Below are positions 25,818 through 39,238 of a stretch of DNA of 64,000 bases, piece by piece (the stretch's first letter is position 1; each line of letters starts with the position of its first letter). Under the pieces are notes generated by a model. That model was not told the origin of the DNA, ran no database searches, and saw only the letters and a program-made list of their open reading frames with translations. The stretch comes from Octopus vulgaris. Lineage: Eukaryota. Both the position numbers and the translations under genes were made by a program. Where the stretch lies: positions 30,318,001-30,382,000 of the forward strand of contig OX597815.1 of assembly GCA_951406725.2 (NCBI GenBank), written 5' to 3'.

Positions 25818-25928
25818 CAGATACTTTCCTTCATTTTTAACTATATTTTTTCATAACGTTTTCAAATAGCCAGATAACTATCTTCGGCATCTAAACTCTT
25901 TTATCTTGACTACCGAGTAATGTAACAT

Positions 25929-25967
<39 letters not shown>

Positions 25968-26059
25968 CCATCCGAATTTATTCTAATACATATATATATA
26001 TATATTTATATGTATATATATATAAATATATATGCATGCAATATTTCTAGCTAGCTAGT

Positions 26060-26126
<67 letters not shown>

Positions 26127-26180
26127 GTAAGTATCGACACACAGACATGCACACATGTATACCCATCTATGCTTTATACG

Positions 26181-26218
<38 letters not shown>

Positions 26219-26220
<2 letters not shown>

Positions 26221-26426
26221 TGCCAGCTCTGTCTGGCACCTGTGCGGGTGGCACGTAAAAAGCACCCACTATACTCACGGAGTGGTTGGCGTTAGGAAGG
26301 GCATCCAGCCGTAGAAACACTGCCAGATCTGACTGGGCCTGATGAAGCCTTCCGGCTTCACAGACCCCAGTTGAACCGTCCAACCCATGCTAGCATGGAA
26401 AACGGATGCTAAACGATGATGATGAT
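26219..26426 (+). mobile_element. SINE/RTE-related element 3' part with (GAT)n tail
   Basis: ggttggcgttaggaagggcatccagccgtagaaa is a motif typical of RTE-associated sequences. Ends aaacgatgatgatgat. Confidence 0.6.
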
Positions 26427-26706
26427 ATATATATATACCATTGACAGGTCAATTTCGTCCTGAGGTAACGTTCGTTATGGATGTGCTGTATTTAAAACAG
26501 AAATTAGAGGGAGACAAATAGTCGCTTGAATGGTGGATTGCGAAAACTCAAATGCATTTCGTCTTTTTTGAGCTTTTTCAATGATGCATACTCGCAGCCA
26601 GTCGCATTCTTGGACGGGAATTCGTGACCTCAGCTACGCTTTTTGCTTCGTTTGAAGGCTTAGTGCCGAGTGTTCGAATTGTTGTTTCGCCTACGGCCCG
26701 TAATAT
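26355..26706. repeat. Right inverted arm: fusion of revcomp(23702-23979) and revcomp(23138-23212)
   Basis: 26355-26632 mirrors 23702-23979. 26632-26706 mirrors 23138-23212. The intervening ~490 bp are absent from this arm. Confidence 0.95.
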
Positions 26707-26707
26707 A

Positions 26708-26775
<68 letters not shown>

Positions 26776-26953
26776 TGTGAATGTGTGTAATCATGGGTGT
26801 CAGTGCATATATTAACATATATATATATATGGGCAGAATTGTGGTTTAAGGGCAATTTGACTGTTATATTTAGTTCAACTTACGACTATCTGATACATTC
26901 CTCGTTTCATTGTCACTTGATGCTTTTCAATATTTTACTCCGCCGTCCATCCT

Positions 26954-27150
26954 AAGGCAGCGAGCTGGCAGAAACGCTAGCACGCCGGGTGAAATGCTTA
27001 GATATATTTCGTCTGTCTTTACGTTCTGAGTTCAAATTCCACCGAGGTCGAGGTTAAGTACCAGTTGCGTCCTGGGGTCGGTCTAATCCACTGCACCCTC
27101 ACTCCCGCAAAAATTTCGCGTCTTGTGCCCAGAATAGACAAGAAAAGAAT
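26954..27150 (+). mobile_element. SINE family A (internally deleted)
   Basis: Head aaggcagcgagctggcagaaacg..gagttcaaattcc is shared with copies at 41845, 51739 and 55518. Confidence 0.85.
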
Positions 27151-27442
27151 ATGTTTCTCCCCTATAACACATTTAATGGTATGATGATGCTCCCAAGGGT
27201 AATCCATTATGCAAAACATTCGGAACGTCAGTATTTTGAACTGATTTATATAAAAAAGAAAGTCGAGAAAGATTGGAACCTTTAGGATTTATTGGGGTGG
27301 GTGGGGAAGGAGTAGTTTAAAAAATATTTTTTTTGATGATCATATGAACCCCCGTGTGTACAATTCACCAAAATATTCTGGAAATTCTCTAAAATATAAG
27401 TTATGAGGAGTTATGTGGAGTGCTTAAACCAGAATTCTGCCC

Positions 27443-27525
<83 letters not shown>

Positions 27526-27568
27526 TATATATATATATATATATACAAATATATGCATATATGTATAT

Positions 27569-27624
<56 letters not shown>

Positions 27625-27638
27625 GCATATATGTATAT

Positions 27639-27718
<80 letters not shown>

Positions 27719-28093
27719 ATATATCATTTTTTATTTGTTAGGGAATAAAAATTCCGTCATAACAAGGGTTCAGATTATTCTCAATGAGGATATACTGTAT
27801 ATATTTTCATTCAGAGATAGTAGGCCCCTTCATCCCACCATATAAAAGAATTCTAATTTAAATACATACTACTTATACTACATATATACACACATATATA
27901 CATGTATGTATATATGTATGTATATGTATACGTACATATGTGCATACATGTGTGTGTGTGTGTGATGAGTGTGGTGGTGTTCTGAAAATTCCAGTTTTCA
28001 ACTAATGAAGGAATCAGACTTATACACGTCCCTTTGAGCTGTCTTCCCGATTTTCATTTAATTTCTTTGTTGTCCATCTGTAACTCTTTTCCC

Positions 28094-28150
<57 letters not shown>

Positions 28151-28393
28151 CATAATTATATATATGAAAAACATGGGAAATAAACAATTTCTCATGTAGA
28201 TCACTGTACAAGTTGTAGAGTCACAGATATATACGTTTTTATTATAAGAGTATACATGTATTTGTGTTTGTGCATGCATACACACACATACATATACATA
28301 CATATATATATATATACATACAGACAGACAGACTGACAGACAGACAGGCAAACATACACACACATATGTGCGTGTGTACACATATATGAATGT

Positions 28394-28447
<54 letters not shown>

Positions 28448-28503
28448 TTATATCCATACGCACGTATGCGTACACACACACACCCACACACACCTCGTAC
28501 ACA

Positions 28504-28550
<47 letters not shown>

Positions 28551-29457
28551 CGTACACACTCACGCACACACACATATTCAAGTATATAAACATATATAAA
28601 ATATTCTCTTACACAAGAAGTACTTTGTAAATAAGTAGTATTTCTGGTATGAAATAGAATTAAAACTAAAAACACAAATCCAAGACTGTATTTATTTAAC
28701 CTTTCTGTCCATTTTTATTTAGGCTGAATTGTTGATGTTAGTTACTCTTGCTTTCTGCTTGTATTAATGTTGGTAGGAGATTTCTGGTTTTTGCTTTGTT
28801 TACGTCTTTTAGTATGTAAGCTTTTTTTTTTTTTCTCTTTTTGCTTGTGGTTTATTTATGTTTGATTTTCTCAGTGATGTAGCTGCTGGTGATGTCGACG
28901 CCGTTGTTGATGATCAATATTTGTCACTGCTCAGATTCCGCGAATTAAACCGAGAGTTAATAACTGAAAACATTTGCCTCCGATAAAATATGACTATATG
29001 GAATGTCTTTGGTACATACTGTCTAGAGACATCTTGAGTAGATTATCTTGTAGCCTGGGGGCTGGCTGTTCAATCTTTTGGCACTAATAACTAAAATGGA
29101 TATTAGCTTTCCGCTATAGTTTGATTAATTGAAAATATTACATACGTTCTTAGCTATAGATTTTTTCGCAAATTCACATTTATATACTCAAACTGCAAAC
29201 CATCATTTATGTAAATATGTTTATGCGGTTTGCGGTTCATATGTGTAGACAGATGCATTCTTATAAACAGGGTTCTGTATTTGCTTTCATGGAAAGTGTG
29301 TATTTGTCTTTCTCATTTACTACATTCAGCCTTGCCTTATATACATATATATGTATATATATATATATGCATGTGTATGTACTTATCGTACATTTATATT
29401 TACATGTGGTTGTGAGTGTGATTATGTATATATGTATAAATTTGTATGAATATATAC

Positions 29458-29538
<81 letters not shown>

Positions 29539-29869
29539 AAGAGATAAGATGAGAGTATGAGGTGAAAACATGTATAACTATAGGGCATGGGCGTGTGAAG
29601 AGAATATGTGTGCAAATATTATCTGCAAGCTTTCACGATTTATTTTAGGAGGGCTGTATTCTAATTTATGATGTGGTTTCGTGGGTGGGAACCACATCAT
29701 ACGTTGGAGAGTTTATTCTAGTTAACATTTTTAATAAAAAAAAATATGCAATAGAAAGTAGTAAGAAATGAAATTGTAGAAATGTTAAATCACTTGATTT
29801 ACTGTAGTTTATTTGTTCCTGTTTGCTTCTCAGGTCGAATCCTAAATGGGGATTTTTATCTGCCTGGAC

Positions 29870-30130
29870 TGGATAAAATAACTACCAAAAATATATAGAG
29901 AACGGGTGTATTTAGTATTTATATATATACCCCTCACACTAATCACGGGTCTGACATTGTGCCAAGTTATAAAATAATAAATGTTTGCTTTGAAGTGTAA
30001 AAGACTTGGCATTCTATAGGAATTCATGACTGGAAGTAAATTCCAGAGAAGTATAGACTTGAAGAACTGCATATTCTTGTAGAGAAGCAAGGTGTCGATA
30101 GTGAGAACTAAAATCAAGAAGTATAATGAA
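29870..30130 (-). mobile_element. Possible CR1/L2-like LINE 3' remnant
   Basis: FFKSILLWNLLP..SLLHFK resembles the WN.LP..SL..FK motif. Confidence 0.4.
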
Positions 30131-30753
30131 AGGATAAAAAAAAACCCAATACATATATACATACATACATACATACATACATACATACAGTGTGTGTGAG
30201 CTGAAAGGGAGACTTTGTCATGTACTAATGGTTATTTAATAACATTTTTAAAATCAAGTGGAAAAAGATCGTATTGTATTTAGCCATGACGTAAAGAGAA
30301 AGTAGGCTTACCAGGGGATAGAAAACTCTTTTTATGGGATCAGCGAGAAGGAAATTGGTTCTAGCAGTGTCATATGTGACATCAGGCTACCTGTCACTGG
30401 TTTGTAAATTAAGATAATGCTTTTCTGAGATAAGATATAACATAATGTTGAAAGAATTAGAGGGTCCTTTTAGTTTATGAGACATTGATCGTTTATTGAT
30501 CTCTGTGGGTCAGCACTAAGGTAATTTTAGCTATTAAATGGAATAATGTTTCTTCAAAGCATTTATATAAGTTAAGAATGGCGAATGTTAGGAAACTTAA
30601 CGTATAGACAGTCGAATTAGATGCTAGATAAATTATACTTTAAAACAGAGAAAATGCCTACATAGCTGTATCTGTATAAAAACCTTTGCTTTTTTTTCTT
30701 TTTCTTGAAATGTAATAATTGAGGATATTTGCAGCTAACGACTGCAAGCATCG

Positions 30754-31337
30754 TAAAGTATTAAGATTTACGCAGAGCAGATATGTAGAGCTGTCTATAC
30801 GGTTTCGCATCCGAGTGCAGCAAATTCACTACAAGTTTTGCAACTAAAAGCCATTAAAGCGCATGAACTTCACAATATTCAATCACTACTCTATCAGTTT
30901 CAAATTTTGGCCCAAGGCCAGCAATTTTCGAAGGAGGTGAGTATTAAAGCATTAAAGTATTAAGATTTACGCAGAGCAGACATGCAGAGCTGGCTATACA
31001 GTTTCGCATCCGAGTGCAGCAAATTCAATTCAAGTGTTGCAACTAAAAGCCATTAAAGCGCATGAACTTCACAATATTCAATTACTACTCTATCAGTTTC
31101 AAATTTTGGCACAAGGCCAGCAATGTTCGAAGTAGGTGAGTATTAAAGTATTAAGATTTACGCAGAGCACACATGCAGAGCTGTCTATACAGTTTCGTAT
31201 CCGAGTGCAGCAAATTCGCTACAAGTTTTGCAACTAAGAGCCATTAAAGCGCATGAACATCACAATATGCAATCACTGCTATATCGGTTTCAAATTTTGA
31301 CACAAGACCAGCAATTTTCGAAGGAGGTGAGTATTAC
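30754..31337. repeat. Tandem triplication, units 199/191/~194 bp
   Basis: taaagtattaagatttacgcagagca..gccattaaagcgcatgaac..ggtgagtatt starts at 30754, 30953 and 31144. Confidence 0.95.
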
Positions 31338-31471
31338 TTATTTTATCGACGCCGAAAGTGTGAAACCCAAAGTCAACATCAGTGAAATTTGGACTCAGAA
31401 CGTAAAAACGAACGAAATGTAGCTGAGCACTTTGCCCGGAGTGCTAACGATTCTGCCAGCTCACCATCTTG
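31288..31471 (-). mobile_element. SINE family A, old copy
   Basis: Reverse complement reads aagatggtgagctggcagaatcgttagcac..cgttctgagtccaaatttc.. Confidence 0.8.
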
Positions 31472-32384
31472 AAATAACCTACACGACTCGGCCAATTAGT
31501 CGCCTCATGGCCTTTCTACTATATTAAATCCTTATACTCAATTTCCTTTCTTGATTAACACCTTTTCGTTTATGTTGTATTTATGTTAATAGTATTTTCA
31601 TTCCTAATGTCCATACATAAAATTATGGTCAATTTTATGTCCATAATCGTTATGTTAATTGTATTATTTCTATTCTATTTTAAATTTTATTAATCTTGGT
31701 TGACTGATGTTTACTGCTTATAACGATGAAGAAAAATAGAAAAATAAAAACAGTTTAATTTACCGTTTGATATATAAATTATCGAACAATTAAAACATAT
31801 TATACAAATTAGCATCCCTAAAACTAAGTTCAATATTTTTCAATACATATATTTTAAAAACTTTAGAATTTTTTTGATTAATTGAGACTATGAATTTTCA
31901 GTGATTTATGGATATATAATTAGGTCCATTTTATAGCAAATATATATATTTTTTTAAATCGGTCAATTAATTGCGAACTGAAAACTGTATAGAGTTACCT
32001 TGAATGTATCAAAATCAGTTTCTAGATGTCAGTAATTTTATATAAACAATGAAATCTGCTTCGAGCGAACTCGCTGTGTTTCCACATATGTGTCTACAGC
32101 AAGAGTTTTTCTCCGTGAAAAAATATAGTTTTCTTACAGGCTCAAATATGTCTTAATCATGTTTGAATTGGTAACAACTTTACATTTATACACATCCCTG
32201 CTTAGCACTTCTAAACCATATTTTATTATGCTCGGGCCACCGATCAGCGCAACCAGTCACAGTTCTTTGACAGGAATATTATACGAAATACTTGGTCTCG
32301 CGTTATCAGATCGTAGCGCGAATGTTCCAGTGTTTGATGTTAGAGGCGAGATATCTATTCCGGAATCTATGCGTCTACTGCTCG

Positions 32385-32483
<99 letters not shown>

Positions 32484-32513
32484 CATACATATATACATAC
32501 ATACATACATACA

Positions 32514-32582
<69 letters not shown>

Positions 32583-32614
32583 TGTGTGTGTATATGTGTA
32601 TATATATGAGAACG

Positions 32615-32912
32615 AAGTTTAAATGATGGTCACTACATATTTTTCCTTTATTGAAGCAAATATGGCTTACAGCTGTTTCCAGTAGTCATTATGGGTACAT
32701 TACTGATAAGTTTACTCAATTGGCTTATTGTTCGACTGAGGTAAATTAAACGACCAGCAGTCATTTTCTGAGGTCGTTTAATTGACCTCAGTTGATCAAT
32801 AGACCAATTAAGCAAACCCATCAGTATTGTACTTAAAATGATTACCGGAAACAGCTGTACGCCAAATGTTCTCCAATAAAGGAATTATATGTAACGACCA
32901 TTATTTTAACTT
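32615..32912. repeat. Imperfect palindrome, ~140-bp arms
   Basis: Arms centred at ~32763 (actgaggtaaattaaacgacc / ggtcgtttaattgacctcagt). Both arms carry GGAAACAGCTGTA. Confidence 0.9.
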
Positions 32913-33023
32913 GTTTGTTATATATTACTCTGTAAAACCCAACTTATACGGAGCCTATCCACGGATTTGCCATATAGAAGGGTGATGAAACGTAACTTGG
33001 AACACTACAATAGGATTACTTGG

Positions 33024-33292
33024 AGATCAATATATAAAGTATATTAAATACATGAACACAAAAAAATGTATATACGTATACATATAAGATAGTACAACTT
33101 TCATAGAGTACAAATGATATGAGGATTAAAGGGGTGGAGGAAAAGTATTACTGTTGGATTTGTAATACTTTTCCTACACCCCTTTAATCCTCTGTATCAT
33201 TTGTACTTTATGTAAGCTGGATCATTTTATATGTATACATGTATACATTTTTTTTGTATTTCATGTATTTAATATACTTTATATATTGATCT
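33024..33292. repeat. Imperfect palindrome, ~128-bp arms
   Basis: agatcaatatataaagtatattaaatacatgaa..gaggattaaaggggtggaggaaaagtattac pairs with gtaatacttttcctacacccctttaatcctc..ttcatgtatttaatatactttatatattgatct. Loop is 10 nt. Confidence 0.9.
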
Positions 33293-33365
33293 GACTAATT
33301 CGCTTATTCCTACATTTACCTCTATACCCGCTCAAATTAAAATATCTAAGTGTGCCCTATACGGA

Positions 33366-33419
<54 letters not shown>

Positions 33420-33436
<17 letters not shown>

Positions 33437-34263
33437 CCGTTCTGTCTGTTTGTGTCTGTGTCTTCTAGGATCTCGGGCATCCTCCATCCGATTGTGCTCA
33501 AATTTGATATGTAGGTACCGACGGTATCAAGGCTTGTATAAGTCTTGAAAATAATTACAAAAATCGATTCCAGGTGAGAATGCGATCGATAAAGCCGTGG
33601 GAACGCGCATTTGTACGCGCGAGTGATCAGCTGTTGCGATCGATACTACGCGTACGCAAGAAAAATGCACGTTGTTTTTGTACTGCTTAAAGGCACGTTT
33701 CTTTCCTGCCAAGTTTACTGTTTAAACCATGTTTGTGTTCTCCAAGTCAACAGCCTTATTATTACTGATACTTTAAACTCTTTGGTTGCATATTTGTGTG
33801 AATAAAATCGTTTTTCTTTGGAATAGAAAAAAAGTCTATCTTTATTTCTTCTTTTGTGTCTCAAATTTAGGTTAAATCAGGGTTTCTCATAGGGGAGAAG
33901 TTGTTTTGAGAAAATTTGTTCTATATTGTTCCTCCCTTACTGGTTTTAGTCATTAGGCTGTGGCCATGCTGGGCACCGCCTTGAACATTGACCTCGGAAG
34001 AGTTTGAAGTTAGAACGTAGAGGCGGACGAAATGCTGCTACGTATTTGCCCGGCGTGCTAACGGTGCTATTAGCGCTTTTTTTCTTTATTTTATGCAGGA
34101 AGAAGGGCAGCAACTGTCAACCCTTTTCAATGTCCCTGTGATTATCGAAAGAACTTACACTTAGAACGGAAATGTGATCTGAATGCTTGCAACAGTGTGG
34201 ACGTTGCTAAAAGCATCAAAGCGATATTGAATCCACGGACAAATTAAGTCCGTGGATTTCTAG
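33420..34263 (+). mobile_element. Non-autonomous Helitron-like element (with nested SINE fragments ~33940-34075)
   Basis: 5' TATATAT..ctgtctgtttgtgtctg..ccgattgtgctcaaattt. 3' 11-bp hairpin aatccacggac/gtccgtggatt (34230-34258) directly followed by CTAG. Confidence 0.65.
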
Positions 34264-34462
34264 AAATATTGAAAATTCTGCTTCCGTGGGATTTTGAACT
34301 CAGAAACATAAAACAGTGAACTTATTACTACATATGTTCTACTTGGTATACTAACTTCATGATCTTGACAGATCCGATGGAAGGTAAACATTGTTTATTA
34401 TTACATGAAACCTGAAATATTTACAGTTGTTTGTAGATCTCAAGGTCTATGCTTTCAGTTTC

Positions 34463-34832
34463 GGCTGTGTGGTAAGTAGCTTGCTTATGAACCACATGGT
34501 TCCAGGTTCAGTCCCACTGCGTGGCATCTTGGGCAAGTGTCTTCAACTATAACCTCGGGCCGACCAAAGCCTTGCGAGTGGATTTGGTAGACGGAAACTG
34601 AAAGAAGCCCGTCGTATATATGTATATATATATGTGTGTATTTGTCTGTGTTTGTCCCCCCAACATCGCTTGACAACCGATGCCGGTGTATTTACGTCCC
34701 CGTAACTTAGCGGTTCAGCAAAAGAGACCGATAGAATAAGTACTAGGCTTTCAGAGAAAAAGTCTTGGGGTTGATTTGCTCGACTAAAGGCGGTGATCCA
34801 GCATGGCCGCAGTCAAATGACTGAAACAAGTA
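34463..34832 (+). mobile_element. SINE family B (CORE-like ttgggcaagtg; internal TA/TG microsatellite)
   Basis: Collinear with 52866-53268 and 57000-57417. Confidence 0.9.
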
Positions 34833-36863
34833 TTTGAGGTATATTTAATCACCATAGATGAAGACTAGAGAGAATTAGTGAATTTTTATATAAGTTTAGA
34901 CCATGTTTACTTTTATGCAATTACCTTGACATTTAAGGACGTTAAAATCAATACATGACAGGTAGAATAAATATAGTGGAATGGGAGAAGTTTACCTGTG
35001 TTAACTTGTTGAACTTTGGGGATTTTCTCTACATGATATATAATACGTTGTCGTGACAAGCATAATCTTCTTTATACAACTGTTACACATCAAGATTAAG
35101 GCTGTTTTGAGCAGATTTCGACAGTCATCGATAGATTTGAAGGCAAATAAATTTACTTGAATAATTATAGCTTTATATAAAGTTACAGATCTTAATGTAA
35201 ACCCAACAAACACTCCAAAGGGATAAACCTCTCTTATGTCTTTCTTCAAAGAGCAACACTGTATTATCTTACATAATATATAACGTTCCGATGTTGTTTT
35301 AGATATAATCTTAATAATAGCAACACTGGGTTTTTCTGCATGTTTCTTTGCCGAATATCTAACAACTCATTTACAACACAGAACTTTTCTTTAAAAGTCA
35401 GATATAATGCCAAGGAACTGTTTTACTTCGGAAAAATTATCTTCTTTTCTTAAAAGGAATACTTTCAATCGCATTCGGATTATTCAACTGGTTTCCATAA
35501 GTTCAGTTCCTTTCTTAAAAGGACGTTTTTGTTGAGAAACTTTTATAGCTGTATATAATTTTTTGAAGAGGAAAGTCTGAAGTATTTTTCACATAAACTA
35601 AAGATATTTTCCGAAATAAAGCATTTTTATAGATATCTATTTAAATTATACACTTTTTATACACCTTTCTGCGGTCCTCCGATTAGTTCTAATCGAACAG
35701 GCCTATGATCAAAGATATTACGGCCGTAGTCATCTCAGTATTTTCTATACAGGGTGAATTGAGACTGTATTAATCACTATTCTTGTTTTATAAGAAGGTG
35801 GAGTGTAATCTGAGAGAAATTTAGTTGTAATTTATAACATCTCCAGCGGCTACAAGCTGGTTGCCTCATTGCTCTATACACTTTAAGAGTTACCCTGAGG
35901 TAAAACGGCCAAAATGATCTTCAACTCAGATCATTTACTATTATCACTAGGATGTTACATTTAAATGTAATTATTAAAAAGAGTACATAATTGGATGTGA
36001 AATATTCTTAAAAACAGAAATAAACTATTAACAATAAATCTATACATTGTAGACTCACATCGTTAAAATAGCTATTTGAATGTCACAAACTAAAACACCA
36101 GCGTATTTAGGAAAGAAAAATATAGAAGAGAGTCGAACAGATTTTCGAAATCAGTAAATGTATTTACGTGAAAATCTATATATAAATATCCTGCACAGAG
36201 AGTCGTTCGTCGAGGGGCGGTGCCTACCATACGTTGGCGAGAGGCAAACACCTTGAAACCTGGGTCCGTATGTGGCATCTGCTTCTTCGGGGAATGATCT
36301 CCCTTTGCAGGATAGAGGACACCGTGATGGTGTCAAGCCTATCTGGTGACGTCGATGATCGCCTGGGGCTAAATGCATCAGTAACACCCCCACCGCCCTG
36401 CCCTGTCCCTAGCCACATTCAAATGGCTAATGTCCCTTTTGTTATAGGTTCTTATTCTGTTTTTCTTTTAATAGATATTTTACAATACTTAACACTTTTC
36501 GAATTTCGTTATTTAATTTCTTTACAGCAACCTCTCTCCCCACCTCTTCCGGTTCACACTTTGGTTGGTGTCTCTTTTACTTTGTAGATATTCTTTATAT
36601 TACCGTCCTTACTCTTCACTTCCACCTATCATATTATTTATTTTACTTAACTCTAATCACCTGCTGCTATTTTAACCGACTTAGCTTCAAATAGTCCCCC
36701 CCCCACTTTACTTTGTTCTATATTGTTCCTCTCTTACACTTCTCAAACCAACTTCCACACTTCTCACACTCATCTTTTCCTCCCTGTCTTCTCCGCCTTA
36801 TCATTCCATATTACTTGTTCACCACTTTTTCTTTCACTTTATTATATTAACACAATCTGTCTT

Positions 36864-36900
36864 ATTTCTGATGAAGGATAAATATTTGAAACGATGGCAT
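36864..36900 (+). ncRNA. Degenerate hammerhead-like motif
   Basis: CTGATGA-a-ggata-aa-tattt-GAAACG lies at the end of a pyrimidine-rich tract. Weak stem II, no clear cleavage triplet. Confidence 0.35.
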
Positions 36901-37559
36901 TTTTCTTTTCAAGAAAAATGAACTGAATGCAATGTACTCCTTTCTACGAGTGGTAGCTTTTCAAAGATGACCACACACTCTCATACATACATATATGCGT
37001 ATGGCCACACGATAATTCCATAATTTGTTATATTTCCATTTCTTTATTATTTATTTCACGAAATTCCGTCATTAAAATGTTTTCAATATTTTATAACATT
37101 GAATCTTATATTTTTGTTTGTTAAATAGAACATTATTGAAAAATTCACATAATTAATTATATATACCGTCACTGAATGCACATATAAATTATATTGCTAA
37201 ATTGATATATTTGGCATGCTATATATTATTAAAGAGGTAGCCAAGCAAGAAATTTCCCACTTCAACTGTACTTTTCCTAGAGCTCTACTGGTTTTATCTA
37301 TGATATTAATGTATATTCTCAGGGTGGCAAGCAGCATATAGCAAGAAATAACATTTCAAGAGTTCGAGTCCACAGGCGGGTTTTTCTTATTCTTGGGTGA
37401 AGCGAATTAACTTCATTTAATTTCTCAAGGCTCGAAAATCCTACATTACTATTCCTTTCCACTGTAAATCTACATCCTTAATTTTAAGTAAGGAATATTA
37501 TATACTATATTATTCAACAAGCCATCTAAGCTCATTACATGCTAGAGTTAGATTTTAAC

Positions 37560-38110
37560 TGCAGGGTAATATTGTTGAAGAATTTGAATAACTGACAAGT
37601 TGTTGTGTGAAGAGTAATTTGTATTGACATTTCGATCTTTCGCAAAGGTAATATCCGGTCATATTTGGAAATTTTATCGATGATCCTTTATCTTACAGTC
37701 CTGAATATTGTAATAAGTATTTATCGTTAGATATAATACATATATTTGGCAGTAATTTTCTCATTAAATCCCTCTGTCTGAACTGTTAATAATTAAATTT
37801 CAAATGTGTTAGAGATGAGAAATGAAGATGAAACTGACAGCATATTGTTTTTCCTGTTTTGTTTTCTAGATTCTGATTTGAAATCTCACCACTGCTGTTA
37901 TCGATTAAAATTTTTCTGTAGGCAATAGACTGTTTTCTAGCAATATTCTGAAGATCTTCCAACTCTATTTCCTTATTCTGCAAAAATTTCCTTTTGATAT
38001 AAGGCGTAATCGATAACAGAGGTTTCACTTCAAACAATAAATCCTTAGCACAGGAGAAATCTGAACCTCTGATGCTGTATTTTGTAGCCTATCAGTTAAT
38101 CAGCTACTGA
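37560..38110 (-). mobile_element. Possible decayed Gypsy-type gag/protease remnant
   Basis: PYIKRKFLQNKEIELEDLQNIAR resembles gag IRRKLL...L.L..A..IAR. Downstream GSSIKFQI resembles the protease lead-in. Heavily broken. Confidence 0.35.
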
Positions 38111-38736
38111 TGCCAAAACAATTCTATTTAAATAATTAATTTTATTATTATTTTGGTAAGCGAGGGAAGAGATAAGATCTATACAAAAATATCTATGATT
38201 TTTTATCTGCACAATCATTTATGTTCATAAAAACACTGAGTGTTTTTTCTTTCACTAGGCCAACAAGGCTTGTCATTTTCGTAGACACAGTAGATCGATT
38301 GCGAAATCGATAATCAAATAGCAGCAGTATATCTTCTGAACATCAATGCAACCTTTGAGAAACGAGCTGCCATTTTTGTCTCTTCAACAGTTGTTTAAGA
38401 GACGAAGTTGGGTCGGGGGTAGATGATATAGAGACTAATGTATTGGCCTCTGCTTCAACTCTTCATGAATCCAGCGTATGAGTCACGCCGGGTTATTTGT
38501 ACAAGCAGAACAAGCGGATAAAATCTTGTTTGAAACGAGCGAGTTGAGTAAAAATTGATAAAATTGCGAAATGATCTTAAATATTTTCTGCATGGTGAAC
38601 TAGATGCACCTTTTACGACTGCAATCTGACATTGTGACGGTTATATGCTGCGATTTTTATAGTTTTGGTACAATTGTGTTATTCAATGTTGCAAGTGCAG
38701 GCTGCACTTGTGGTTGCGATGGAAATTGTCGATTTA

Positions 38737-38737
38737 T

Positions 38738-38776
<39 letters not shown>

Positions 38777-39020
38777 AACCACCACTACTACTACTACTAC
38801 TACTACTTATACTACTACTACTACTACCACCACCACCATCACCACCACCACCACCACCACCACTACTACTACACCTACTACTACACCTACTACTGTTACT
38901 ACTACTACTACAACTACTACCACCACCACCACCACCACCACTAATACTACACCTACTACTACACCTACTACTGCTACTACTACTACTACAACTACTACTA
39001 CTACCACCACCACCACCACC

Positions 39021-39050
<30 letters not shown>
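38737..39050. repeat. Compound (CTA)n/(CCA)n trinucleotide repeat
   Basis: Directly visible. Confidence 0.95.
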
Positions 39051-39051
<1 letters not shown>

Positions 39052-39177
39052 AGATTGTTTGCAATAGAGTTGATGTTGTTATAGACATAACGGATAGGGA
39101 GAGGTGAGAGTGTTGCTGTTGGTTTGGGGGTAGATGCTGTTGCGATGTGTGACGGACAGAAGGGAAGAGTGTAAAAT

Positions 39178-39238
<61 letters not shown>

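Noticed and set aside
25850-25895. Minus-strand CCGAAGA-tag..cta-GAAAACGTTA near the PLE 3' end
   Set aside because: Too degenerate, and antisense to the ORF, so it cannot be called this element's pLTR ribozyme.
30930-31337. AG|GTGAGT splice-donor consensus at the end of each tandem unit
   Set aside because: Falls in the antisense SINE tail; units share no supported reading frame or acceptor.
38604-39107. Thr-rich mucin-like ORF with Cys-containing lead
   Set aside because: Open only because of (CTA)/(CCA) repeats; several frames on both strands are open; no supported splice context.
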